Source of the DNA: a virus
Virus record (IMG/VR): IMGVR_UViG_3300021405_000009
Coordinates: 34,240 to 98,239 of that record
Length of the DNA stretch: 64,000 bases
Reading direction: 5' to 3' (one strand)
In this document: positions 42,404-51,720 of the stretch, piece after piece
Position numbering within the stretch: position 1 is the first letter of the stretch
How the letters are laid out: every line of letters starts with the position of its first letter
Notes under the pieces: generated by a model
The model's input: only the letters and a program-made list of their open reading frames with translations
The model's database searches: none
What the model was told of the DNA's origin: nothing
Program-made: the position numbers and the translations under genes

Positions 42404-43154
42404 CAAGATGGGCCGTCGCACCTACCAGGAAGATCGCTATGTCGTCCATCACACCGGCGCTGGCGTTCTCCTGGCCGTCATGGACGGGCACGGCGGTGAA
42501 GATGTCGCCGATGTATGCAAGGACTACGTCGGCCACTTCTTCGATTTAACACTCGTCCCTTTAGACAATGGCGACCCGCGCGCATTTGACAAGGCGCTGG
42601 CACTGACCATCTGGGAACTCAACTGCATCACGAACGAGTATCACTCCGGCTGCACCATCTCGCTAGCCTTTATACCGAAGAGTGAGGACAAGGTCTTCAT
42701 CGCCACCCTGGGTGACTCGCCGGTCATTGTCCGATCGCCAAGTGGAGTTACCTGGATATCTGAAAGCCACAACGCGCGCACCAACCTCGAAGAGCGCGAA
42801 GCGGCCGAGAAGCGTGGCGGCATCTACCACGGCGGTTATATCTGGTGCGCGCCACACGGGCTCTATCCCATGGGCGACAGCGGCCGTGGCCTGCAGATGA
42901 CCCGCAGCCTCGGCGACACCGAGATGGGGCCGGTAATCTCCCGCGATCCCCAGATCGAGATTCACGCGCTGGGAAAGTTTGTCCTCGTGGCCACCGATGG
43001 ATGCTTCGATCCCGGCCATGAGAATGAATCGCAGGCCGTAGCCGACGTGATCGCCCTCATCGACCAAGGCGGAGACGCCAAAGCCATCGTCGATCGCGCC
43101 GTCCAACTTCCCACCGAAGACAACGCAACCGCAGTCTTACTAACCAAGGAGTAA
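42384..43154 (+). CDS. PP2C-family protein phosphatase
   Basis: GRRTYQEDR, VMDGHGG, SGCT, LGDS, GLQMTRSLGD, LVATDG, EDNAT. Confidence 0.85.
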   Translation: MKISTASKMGRRTYQEDRYVVHHTGAGVLLAVMDGHGGEDVADVCKDYVGHFFDLTLVPLDNGDPRAFDKALALTIWELNCITNEYHSGCTISLAFIPKSEDKVFIATLGDSPVIVRSPSGVTWISESHNARTNLEEREAAEKRGGIYHGGYIWCAPHGLYPMGDSGRGLQMTRSLGDTEMGPVISRDPQIEIHALGKFVLVATDGCFDPGHENESQAVADVIALIDQGGDAKAIVDRAVQLPTEDNATAVLLTKE

Positions 43155-43159
43155 CACCC

Positions 43160-43564
43160 ATGTCCATGTCAGTCAATAAGCACACCATCCTCGGCCACGT
43201 CGGCAAAGACCCGGAGTTCAAGGTCACACCGGGTGGCACCGCTGTCGCCAAGTTCTCCATCGCCACCAACCACCGCCAGAAGGACGACTCCGGCAACTAT
43301 CAGGACAACGTCGAGTGGCACAACGCCGTAGCCTTCAGCCGCACGGCCGAGATCGTCCGCGACTACATCAAGAAGGGCGACCCGATCTACATCGAAGGCC
43401 GCAGCCAGACCCGGTCCTGGGAAGACAAAACGTCGGGCAAGAAACAGTACATGACCGAAGTCATCGTCAACGACCTCCAGCTCCTCGGCACCAAAGGCGG
43501 CAACCGCACGGATAACTCCAGCGCCGCACATAAGCCGATCGGGGACGAAGACATCCCCTTCTAA
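43160..43564 (+). CDS. ssb: Single-stranded DNA-binding protein
   Basis: VNKHTILGHVGKDPE...EWHNAVAF...KGDPIYIEGR..TRSW; acidic C-terminus DEDIPF. Confidence 0.95.
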   Translation: MSMSVNKHTILGHVGKDPEFKVTPGGTAVAKFSIATNHRQKDDSGNYQDNVEWHNAVAFSRTAEIVRDYIKKGDPIYIEGRSQTRSWEDKTSGKKQYMTEVIVNDLQLLGTKGGNRTDNSSAAHKPIGDEDIPF

Positions 43565-44449
43565 GTGGCGGAGAGGAAGCCCACAGTGGACACGCCCGCC
43601 TACCAAGGGCGGGCGACCATCCACTTTCATCCGGGCAAGCACTACTACACCGTAAGTGTGCCATCGCTCAACCGTGAGCGTGTGTACCAACCCGGTGTCA
43701 CGTCCATCATCAAACTCAAGGATAAGTCCGGGCCTTTGATGTGGTGGGCGGTCGAACAGTGCGAAGCCTATGCGCGGCAAAAGATCTCCGAGCAAGAGGA
43801 GGATGGCGAGGTATCGCTCAAGCTCATCTACGACACGCTGCACGAGATGCGCTTCCATTACCGCGATGTGGCGCGCCGGGCAGCCGACATCGGCACTGCC
43901 GTGCATGACTACCTGCACCGGTACCTGGTATGGAAGGCGTTCGGCGGCGATGAGCCTGAGCGGCCAGAAGAGATCGAAGCCAACGTTCAGACCAACAACG
44001 CGATCGACGCCGGGCTGCAGTTTTTCGGCGAGCACGACATGAAACCGCTGACGATCGAGCAGCCGGTGTGGTCGGCAACTCACGGCTATGTCGGCACCGA
44101 TGACTTCATTGGCTATGTCGATGACGAGCTGTGCGTGTGTGATTACAAGACTTCCAAGAACTTATACCCCGAGGTCTGGCTGCAGACGGCCGCGTACCAG
44201 CACGCTTACCAGGAAGAGCACCCGCGAGCTGAGGTCAAGGCCCGGTGGGGAATCAACGTCGGCAAGGATGGCGTGCTGCGAGCCGAGCGGCGCGGACCAG
44301 AGTGGTTCGCGGATGATTTTAAGGCGTTCCTGGGCCTGGTGGAGATTTACCGCTGGGACCGAATCCATGGCGGTGGTGAAAGCAAAACCGCCACGGAAGT
44401 AATAGGCCCACTGCCTGACGTTGGCTGGGTCGAGGAGTTGGCGGCGTGA
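43565..44449 (+). CDS. PD-(D/E)XK exonuclease (recombination partner of ERF)
   Basis: PGVTSII, GTAVH, IEQPV, GTDD, DYKTS, QTAAY. Confidence 0.8.
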   Translation: MAERKPTVDTPAYQGRATIHFHPGKHYYTVSVPSLNRERVYQPGVTSIIKLKDKSGPLMWWAVEQCEAYARQKISEQEEDGEVSLKLIYDTLHEMRFHYRDVARRAADIGTAVHDYLHRYLVWKAFGGDEPERPEEIEANVQTNNAIDAGLQFFGEHDMKPLTIEQPVWSATHGYVGTDDFIGYVDDELCVCDYKTSKNLYPEVWLQTAAYQHAYQEEHPRAEVKARWGINVGKDGVLRAERRGPEWFADDFKAFLGLVEIYRWDRIHGGGESKTATEVIGPLPDVGWVEELAA

Positions 44450-45129
44450 CGGAGGAAGAGTTGGGTCAAAACAACGTGTGGACGGCATTCTACTGGAAGG
44501 ACTATCTGGCTGACACCGGTGGCCTGAGTGCCCTAGAACATGGCATGTACTTCCAGCTCATGGCGAACTACTACGCCAGTGGCCAGCCACTCCCGTCTGA
44601 CCGGAAGGTTCTGCGGAGGATGTGTAAGGCTATCAATAACGCAGAAAAACACGCTTTAGAAATTATTTTAGAAAAATTCTTCACTATCGACAGCCTCGTT
44701 TTTCGTCACAAGCGAATCGACGAGGAAATAGCTAAGCGCATTGAAATCAGCAGGAAGCGCAGCGAGGCGGTGTCCACCAGATATACAAGTGAACCTACAA
44801 ATGTACCTACAAATGTAGAACAAGTGAACACACATACACATACACATACACAAAGAGCTAGGCGCGCACCCAAAATCGCCACCACTTATCCTGAAGATTT
44901 CCAGCCCAGCGACGCCAACCGCGCTCTTGCCAGCAAGATGGGCGTCAACCTTGAGAACGCACTAGCCGCGTTCAAGGCAAACCATCTCAGCAAAGGTTCC
45001 GCCTTCAAAGACTGGCACCAGGCGCTTACCACCTGGCTACTGCGAGAGCCATCGTTCAACCGGGCTCCGGCGAAGAAACAACCCCTACCCACCTTTGATG
45101 CCGTCAAGGCGTTTCGGGAGTCCAAGTGA
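44446..45129 (+). CDS. DUF1376/YdaU-like replication initiator
   Basis: WTAFYWKDYLADTGGLSALEHGMYFQLMANYY...HKRIDEEI; C-terminal DWHQALTTWL. Confidence 0.8.
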   Translation: MTEEELGQNNVWTAFYWKDYLADTGGLSALEHGMYFQLMANYYASGQPLPSDRKVLRRMCKAINNAEKHALEIILEKFFTIDSLVFRHKRIDEEIAKRIEISRKRSEAVSTRYTSEPTNVPTNVEQVNTHTHTHTQRARRAPKIATTYPEDFQPSDANRALASKMGVNLENALAAFKANHLSKGSAFKDWHQALTTWLLREPSFNRAPAKKQPLPTFDAVKAFRESK

Positions 45130-46439
45130 CCGACTTAGTTGAGATCAACGCACCCTTCGGCCAGATCGCCAGCCTCGAAGCTGAGCGCGCCGTACTTGGC
45201 GGCATCCTGCTGGAGAACACTGCCTATCCAGAAGCTGCGGGCTCTTTGAAGCCGCAGGACTTCTCGCTCGACTCACACCGCATTCTCTATCGGCGCATGG
45301 CTGACCTGGCCGAGGCTGATCGCTCGATCGACCTAATCACCATGATCGACGAGCTGTCGCGCCATAACGAGCTGGAGAAGATTGGCGATGTGGGCTATGT
45401 GTCGAGCCTGGTCGATGGCGTGCCCGACCGCCCGAGCATTGCCAACTATGTCCGCATCGTGAAGGAGAAGGCACAGCTCCGCTCCCTGATCGTTGCTTCC
45501 AAGAACAGCATCGAGCGCGTCTTCGCAGGCGAGGCCCCGGTCGATGTGGCCGGTGCCATGGTCGATGCCGCCCTCGACATCCAGGCGTATTCCACCCGCG
45601 CGCAGGCCGTGCGCCCAAAGGACTTCATGTTCGAAGTGAAGGAAGAGTTGGAACGCCAATCGAAGATCCAGGGGTTAGTCGGCCTGCCCACCGGCCTCGA
45701 CAACCTCGACGAGGTTACGGGCGGCCTCCGGCGCGGCGAGCTGGTCTGCATCGGTGCGCGGCCAGGAGCAGGGAAGAGCGCTCTAGCCTGTCAGATGGTT
45801 GCGGCCAACTCCGAAGCCAATACCGACTCAATTTTCTTCTCCCTGGAAATGGGGCGCACCGACATTGGCCGCCGCTTCATTGCCATGACCACCGACGTTA
45901 CCTCAAAGCAACTCCGGCATCCGCACCTGATTCAAGACGCGGGCTGGAAGACGATCGGCCGGGCGCTCGGCGACATTGCTTCCTGGCCAATGGTGATCGA
46001 CGACAACGGCAGCCTCTCGATCAACGAACTGCTGGCGCGGGCCAAGCTGGCGATTAACCGGGGCGCGCTTTTGGTGGTGGTCGATTACCTGCAGCTTGTG
46101 CGCGCCGATGGCCGCGAACTGCGTGAGCGCGTCGGCAAGGTAGCAAACGCGCTGCGCCTGCTGGCTAAGCACGAGAAGGTCGCCGTGGTCATGCTGTCAC
46201 AGTTGCGCCGTCCGCACGATGTGAATGACGAGCCTACGCTGATCGACCTGAAAGAGTCGGGCGACATCGAGGCACACTCCCATGTGGTGCTGCTGATCCA
46301 TTCCCCGATCGCCGATGACGGCAGCCCGAGTGGTGAAGACCGGATCATCATCGCCAAGAATCGCAACGGCGTGCGCGGGTCGATCCCGGTGAAGTTCGTA
46401 GGCGACAAGATGAAATTTTATTCGAGGTACTTGGGTTAA
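45126..46439 (+). CDS. dnaB: DnaB-like replicative helicase
   Basis: EAERAVLGGIL, Walker A GARPGAGKS, FSLEM, VVDYLQL, LSQLRR, DLKESGDIE, IIAKNRNG. Confidence 0.95.
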   Translation: MTDLVEINAPFGQIASLEAERAVLGGILLENTAYPEAAGSLKPQDFSLDSHRILYRRMADLAEADRSIDLITMIDELSRHNELEKIGDVGYVSSLVDGVPDRPSIANYVRIVKEKAQLRSLIVASKNSIERVFAGEAPVDVAGAMVDAALDIQAYSTRAQAVRPKDFMFEVKEELERQSKIQGLVGLPTGLDNLDEVTGGLRRGELVCIGARPGAGKSALACQMVAANSEANTDSIFFSLEMGRTDIGRRFIAMTTDVTSKQLRHPHLIQDAGWKTIGRALGDIASWPMVIDDNGSLSINELLARAKLAINRGALLVVVDYLQLVRADGRELRERVGKVANALRLLAKHEKVAVVMLSQLRRPHDVNDEPTLIDLKESGDIEAHSHVVLLIHSPIADDGSPSGEDRIIIAKNRNGVRGSIPVKFVGDKMKFYSRYLG

Positions 46440-46442
46440 CTT

Positions 46443-46946
46443 ATGCAAATCGGAAGACCCAGGACGAAGAACCTGCTCGTGGCAGCCCCGTGCCGCGCGT
46501 GTGGTTCTACTGAGCGTTATCTGAACGGTAAGTGTCCAGAGTGTTCGCGGCGCGCCACTGCCGAGTCCTACGATGTCGGTTCCGACTTTGCACTTAGCTA
46601 TTACGGCCCCGGTTGTAGGTGTTGCGGCGAATCTGATCGCAGAATGCTGGCCATCCACCACATGAATGATGACGGTCAGCGTGAATCTCAGCTCGGCAGG
46701 CCGTTCTACGCACAACTCTACCGCATTTACCAGAGGGATGGAGCGGCTGGGATGCCGACCGATCTAGAAGTACTCTGCTACAACTGCCACGCGGCGCACC
46801 ATAAGAATGGCGGGATCTGTCCGCATCGATCTCGTGGCTCGCGCGTTCTGGCCTGGATGCGGAGGTTCTCCTGGTTCGGCGCGCGCCCTCATCAGGCATA
46901 TTATCCGTTTCCGGTACTTGCAACCGTTGCCAATGTTGTGGTATAA
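46443..46946 (+). CDS. HNH-like endonuclease
   Basis: CRCCGE..LAIHHMNDDG...LEVLCYNCH. Confidence 0.7.
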   Translation: MQIGRPRTKNLLVAAPCRACGSTERYLNGKCPECSRRATAESYDVGSDFALSYYGPGCRCCGESDRRMLAIHHMNDDGQRESQLGRPFYAQLYRIYQRDGAAGMPTDLEVLCYNCHAAHHKNGGICPHRSRGSRVLAWMRRFSWFGARPHQAYYPFPVLATVANVVV

Positions 46947-46947
46947 T
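46918..46947 (+). promoter_or_regulatory. Phage promoter/operator
   Basis: TTGCAA CCGTTGCCAATGTTGTGG TATAAT. Confidence 0.75.
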
Positions 46948-46958
46948 ATTTACAGAGG

Positions 46959-47681
46959 TTGAGATTGGTAGACGCATTCACCCCCGAGCAAACCCAGGAA
47001 GCCGAAGTCGTCCGTTCCCAGATCCAGTCCTACATCGCGGCTAACCGCGACCACCAGGCTGATCTTGAAAGCAACTATGTCGAGATCGGCGACCGGTTGG
47101 TCGCGGTCAAGACGGCGCGTTACTGGCGGCTGTGGCAGTTCAAGAACTTCTCAGCCTTCATGGAATCGCTCGACTCGCGCACTAAAAACTATCACAGCAT
47201 GGGCGTAGCCCGCGACTTGTTGCCAGTCGTTACCAAGGCTGACTTAGTTGTCATGGGTATTAGTAAAGCCGCCCTGCTGCGCAAGATGATTAAGGGCGGC
47301 AAGCCGATCTCGGCCGAGCTGGTCGAGATGGCGAAGTCGAAGACCAAAGAAGAGCTGGAAGGCGCTGTGGCGGTTGAGCTTGGGCTAGTCGCCAACGAAG
47401 AGAAGGGCGACTGGTTCAGCTTCGGCGGCGCGCGCCTCGATACGGCTGAGCGCGAAGAGTTTCTCCGGACCATGAACACAGTCATCCGGTCCGCCGAGAT
47501 TGAAGGCGAGGAGATTACCAACTGGCAAGACACGCCATCCTCGCGCAAGAAAGAATTGCTATTCCTGCTGTTTGCGGAGTTTTTGAGTACCTATGCCGTA
47601 TACGCGCAAGAACAAACGCCGAGTCCACCGAGTGCTGGTGGAGATGAAGAACGGCCAGCCTTTCCGGATCTTTCGCAGTGA
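46959..47681 (+). CDS. Hypothetical helical protein
   Basis: YVEIGDRLVAVK...YW....FKNFSAF; 240 aa. Confidence 0.6.
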   Translation: MRLVDAFTPEQTQEAEVVRSQIQSYIAANRDHQADLESNYVEIGDRLVAVKTARYWRLWQFKNFSAFMESLDSRTKNYHSMGVARDLLPVVTKADLVVMGISKAALLRKMIKGGKPISAELVEMAKSKTKEELEGAVAVELGLVANEEKGDWFSFGGARLDTAEREEFLRTMNTVIRSAEIEGEEITNWQDTPSSRKKELLFLLFAEFLSTYAVYAQEQTPSPPSAGGDEERPAFPDLSQ

Positions 47682-48003
47682 CAAGGCGGCGGTGCTGGCA
47701 TCCCTGGCCGGATGCCGGGTGCAGGAAATGCAGCGCTGGCTCGCCATCGGCTCCATACGCGAGCAAGTCAGGATGCGGGCGGGTGACGCCTGTGAGCGCT
47801 GCGGAACGATGTTGACCAGCGCCACCGGCGAGATGCACGAGACCAACCCGCGCGGCAAAGGTGGAGAGATCAGTCTCGTAAATTGTGAATGGCTGTGTCA
47901 CGACTGCCACCAAGGCAAGGCGGACTCGGCGCATGGCGATCGTAGATTGCACTTCGGAGAAGTGACCAATGTCGATACCCCGGTGTACTCATGGCGTCTA
48001 TAG
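47593..48003 (+). CDS. HNH-like zinc-binding nuclease
   Basis: CERCG...EMHE...GG...NCEWLCHDCH. Confidence 0.6.
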   Translation: MPYTRKNKRRVHRVLVEMKNGQPFRIFRSDKAAVLASLAGCRVQEMQRWLAIGSIREQVRMRAGDACERCGTMLTSATGEMHETNPRGKGGEISLVNCEWLCHDCHQGKADSAHGDRRLHFGEVTNVDTPVYSWRL

Positions 48004-48613
48004 CCCTTATGGCGATGGTCAACCCTCCGAGTACTGTACCGGCTGTACGGTGCCGGTCATGCGCATTACCTTCATCCTGACGCCCGCCGAGGAAGACGAA
48101 CCGGAGCCGGTGTCGTGCCCCGCTTGCGGCGAGCTGATGGACGTTACCGACGAATACGACCTGGAGTGTTTTAGCTGCGGGTTTAACGATTTGAATTGAA
48201 CACATTATGACGAGTGTACTTACCAAATCAGCCATCATCACCTGTGAGAACGGGGATGAGATTGAATTCACCGAGGCGGAGCTAGAGACTCTCCGCTCCA
48301 ATAACACGGCAGTCATTACCTGCGACGGCCCGCGCTGCGCAACGCATCACGGAGATAAGGCCGCCTCGTTCAGCCTCAACGATGAGGCGATGCGCAAAGC
48401 TCCAGACTCCGTGCCCGACGCGACCTTCAAGTGGTTCCGGGTCGGCCAGTCCCAGGGCCAGGGCGAGATGGTGCTTGAGTTCTGCAGCCCGCAATGCAAC
48501 AAGGATTGGCTTAGCTACAGCTATGTTGAGCCATTATCACCGCGCGAGAGAGCGGCGCAGATGAAGAACAATTCAAGCCTAGGTGCGGTCAGCCAGGCAG
48601 ACGGAGAAGCATT

Positions 48614-49684
48614 ATGAAACAGTACATCGGCATCAGTCGCGACCACTCAGGTTCCATGGCCACTCTGGCCAGCCTCGCCAAGGCGGACTACAACGAAAAC
48701 ATTGACGCCATCCGCAACGCCGCCACCAAGGAAGGCATCGACACCATTGTCACCACGGTGAAGTGCGGTGTGGGCTCGGGCCTGGTCGAGCGCGAGTCGG
48801 TGAACTCCAGCGTCGCGGCCTTGAAACCGCTGACCAGATATGAAGCGTCCGGCCAGACCCCGCTGTTCGACAGTGTCGGCGAGCTGGTCGAGTTGCTGCA
48901 GAAGTCCCCCGACGCCGAAGATCCCACGGTCTCCTTCCTGGTCATGACTATCACTGACGGCCAAGAGAACGCGTCGCGGCGCTACACCGGCGCAGCTCTG
49001 GGCAAGCTCATCCGCGAGAAGCAAGCCACCGACCGGTGGACGTTCGTCTTCCGCGTCCCACATGGCTACAAGCGTGAACTCGCGAGCCTCGGCATTCCCG
49101 AGGGTAACATCCAGGAGTGGGAGCAGACCGAGCGCGGCTTCAAAGAGAGCACGGCGGTTCTGCCACAGGCGATGGCCGTCTACTACAGTGCCCGTAGCGC
49201 TGGCGTGCGCGCGACTGACAGCTTCTACGCCAACCTTACCAATGTCAGCAAGTCGCAGATCAAAGGTGCTATGACTGACATCTCGGGCCAGGTTAAGTTC
49301 TGGCCGGTAAGTCAGGTCGATCAGATCCGTCCCTTCGTCGAGACCAAGCTCAAAGGCAAGGGCATGATCCTGGGCGCGGCCTTCTACCAACTCTCGAAGA
49401 TGGAGAAGAAAGTCCAGAGCTACAAACAGATCGTGATCCGCGACAAGAAGTCCGGCGAAGTGTACGCCGGGGATTCCGCGCGCGACTTGCTCGGGCTGCC
49501 GACTGCGGGCTCGATCACGCTCTCGCCGGGCAACCACGGTAACTATGACATCTTCGTGCAGTCGGCCAGCGTCAACCGCAAGCTGGTGCCGGGCACGAAT
49601 GTCATGTACTGGGATCAGTATGCGGCCACGCTCGGCGCGCACTGTCCCGCGACCTATGCCGGGCCGGTACGGGGCATGAAGTGA
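48614..49684 (+). CDS. vWA-domain protein
   Basis: MIDAS DHSGSM, TPLFD, ITDGQENAS. Confidence 0.85.
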   Translation: MKQYIGISRDHSGSMATLASLAKADYNENIDAIRNAATKEGIDTIVTTVKCGVGSGLVERESVNSSVAALKPLTRYEASGQTPLFDSVGELVELLQKSPDAEDPTVSFLVMTITDGQENASRRYTGAALGKLIREKQATDRWTFVFRVPHGYKRELASLGIPEGNIQEWEQTERGFKESTAVLPQAMAVYYSARSAGVRATDSFYANLTNVSKSQIKGAMTDISGQVKFWPVSQVDQIRPFVETKLKGKGMILGAAFYQLSKMEKKVQSYKQIVIRDKKSGEVYAGDSARDLLGLPTAGSITLSPGNHGNYDIFVQSASVNRKLVPGTNVMYWDQYAATLGAHCPATYAGPVRGMK

Positions 49685-50112
49685 CAGTAGCGGACTACGA
49701 GAAAGCCCTCGCGTCGTTGCTGGCGTGGCGTGAAGAACGCAGTAACGGCACCAATGGAATGCTGGGCGTCTTGTTTGTCGTGCGCAACCGGTCGAAGGCC
49801 ATGTGGAGTAGCGGTGACTGGTCCAAGATCATCGAAGGCCATAATCAGTTCTCTTCGATCAGCGTACTCGGCGACAGCCAGACCGTAACTTTCCCCGACG
49901 TGCGCGATCCGTCGTTCCTGGCCATTCTGCAGGCGGTTGACTCGGTCTACGACGACGAGCGCGTGGATGTGTTAACCAATGGCGCGCTGTACTACGCGGA
50001 CCTGGGGTCGAAGGGATACACGGTGGGCGGGTGGTTTGACCGGAACATCGTACAAGACCCGGCCACTCACCCGCGCATTGCGCAGATCGGCACCACAACT
50101 TACTTCAAGTAG
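49681..50112 (+). CDS. SleB-like cell wall hydrolase (putative endolysin)
   Basis: AWREER...GMLGVLFVVRNR...NQFS...TNGALYY. Confidence 0.75.
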   Translation: MTVADYEKALASLLAWREERSNGTNGMLGVLFVVRNRSKAMWSSGDWSKIIEGHNQFSSISVLGDSQTVTFPDVRDPSFLAILQAVDSVYDDERVDVLTNGALYYADLGSKGYTVGGWFDRNIVQDPATHPRIAQIGTTTYFK

Positions 50113-50319
50113 GAGCCAGCAGATGAACCCGGTCGATCAGAAGTGGCTCGACGCACTCACCGCGAAGTATCCCGTCGAGGGAATCACGTTGCCGTTCTGG
50201 CGGAACACTGACGGCTCAGTCAACGCCGTCGTAACCATTACCCACTATCTCACCTTGATCGGCGTCAAGCTCCAACCAGGTGGACGCATCGCCGATCCTG
50301 GGGAGCATGGAGAGTAGTT

Positions 50320-50616
50320 ATGGCCGACAAGCGCTGGAAGCAGTTCGAGCGGTTCGCGGCCGACCTGATTGGCGGCAAGCGCTACTGGGCCAACTCGGGC
50401 GAAGCCATCGACTGCGAGTCGGAAGACTTCGTAGCCCAGTGTAAGTTAGTGGCATCGCTCTCTCTGGCCGCGCTGTCGAAGCTGTGCCAGGTCGCGGCCG
50501 ATCAGGCTAAGGCGAAGGGCAAGGTCGGCGTAGTCGTCACCAAGGTCTCGAAGCGCCAGCTCCCGGCCATCATCAGCATGACGGCGGAACAGTTCCAGAG
50601 CCTGGTCGAAAAATAA
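50320..50616 (+). CDS. Putative Holliday-junction resolvase-like PD-(D/E)XK protein
   Basis: WKQFERFAA...D...AQCK. Confidence 0.5.
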   Translation: MADKRWKQFERFAADLIGGKRYWANSGEAIDCESEDFVAQCKLVASLSLAALSKLCQVAADQAKAKGKVGVVVTKVSKRQLPAIISMTAEQFQSLVEK

Positions 50617-50619
50617 CAC

Positions 50620-50649
50620 TTGCAACGGTTGCCAGTGTTCTGGTAGAAT
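50620..50649 (+). promoter_or_regulatory. Phage promoter/operator heading the Ro60-Y RNA operon
   Basis: TTGCAA CGGTTGCCAGTGTTCTGG TAGAAT. Confidence 0.7.
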
Positions 50650-50700
50650 ATTTATAGATCAAACGAGCAACGAGTATCAGCACACGGAGAAATAAAGTTC

Positions 50701-51363
50701 ATGGATTTGAAACGCGGTTTCACTGCAATCGTTCTGTGCATCACCCTGGTCCTCGCAGGCTGCACCACGGCCTGGATCACCGAAGTCGAGAACATCATCA
50801 CGGCCGTCATTCCGGCCGTCGTGAATATCATCACCCTGGTGGGCGAGTTGGATGGCAGCGGAGTTTCAGCCACGGACCTCAACCTGGTCCGGAACGTGGG
50901 CACGCAGGCCACGGGCGATCTGCAGCTTCTGCAGTCCTTGATTGCGCAGTACCAGAAGGCCGACGCCACGGCGCAGCCTGGCCTGTTGCGCGAGATCTCC
51001 ATACTCGCAGTCACCATCCAGACCAACCTTACGGCGCTGCTTCCGGCTTTACATATCAGCGACGCTGCGACCGAGGCCAAAGTTGTGGCAGTGGTCGGCC
51101 TGGTGGTCTCTGAAATCGATTCACTCGTCGCCGTGCTGCCTATCGTCAATACAGGCAACACCGGGGTCATCGGCGGGGATATTCGGCTTCCGGCGTATCA
51201 ACTGAAGTCTCCGCCGCTTTCCGCCAGCGCCTTTGTCAGTAGCTACAACTCCACCATGACAGCGAAGACGGGCAACGCAGCGCTCGACAAGGCCACGTCC
51301 GGCTTGAAGATCCACCTGCATGGCCGGTTCATGCGGTTCGTTACGGTCGGAATTCTGAAGTAG
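50701..51363 (+). CDS. Lipoprotein with amphipathic helices
   Basis: Lipobox LVLAGC after a hydrophobic stretch. Confidence 0.7.
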   Translation: MDLKRGFTAIVLCITLVLAGCTTAWITEVENIITAVIPAVVNIITLVGELDGSGVSATDLNLVRNVGTQATGDLQLLQSLIAQYQKADATAQPGLLREISILAVTIQTNLTALLPALHISDAATEAKVVAVVGLVVSEIDSLVAVLPIVNTGNTGVIGGDIRLPAYQLKSPPLSASAFVSSYNSTMTAKTGNAALDKATSGLKIHLHGRFMRFVTVGILK

Positions 51364-51378
51364 TCCAAGGAGACATAC

Positions 51379-51705
51379 ATGCCAGTCGAGAACGTGAAGC
51401 TCGTAACCGCTGCCAAGAAATTGCTGAAACTGTTCGGCCCCAAGGGCGAGCACTGGACGCTCCGTAGTAACGCGCGTGATGCCAATGGCGACGAAGTCCC
51501 GGTCATGTCGCGCAAGGCTATCCAGTGGTGCCTCAGCGGGGCTACGCAAAAGCTTAACCTGCCGTCGTTAGTGCGGGGTGAACTTCGGCAGGCCGTTCCC
51601 ACGGCATCCTTCGTGGGTTTCAATGATTCACACCGCACCTACACCCATGTGCGCAAGTTCCTTGAAAAGATCGTCAACCGGAAAGAGCTGAAGACTAAGA
51701 GCTAA
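51379..51705 (+). CDS. Small conserved phage protein (DUF6197-like)
   Basis: HWT...ARD..G...WCLSGA...FND. Confidence 0.55.
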   Translation: MPVENVKLVTAAKKLLKLFGPKGEHWTLRSNARDANGDEVPVMSRKAIQWCLSGATQKLNLPSLVRGELRQAVPTASFVGFNDSHRTYTHVRKFLEKIVNRKELKTKS

Positions 51706-51720
51706 GGAGCTGCAACCCCC

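Noticed and set aside
43565-44449. Cas4 / CRISPR adaptation gene
   Set aside because: No Fe-S Cys cluster, and the ERF-SSB context indicates a recombination exonuclease
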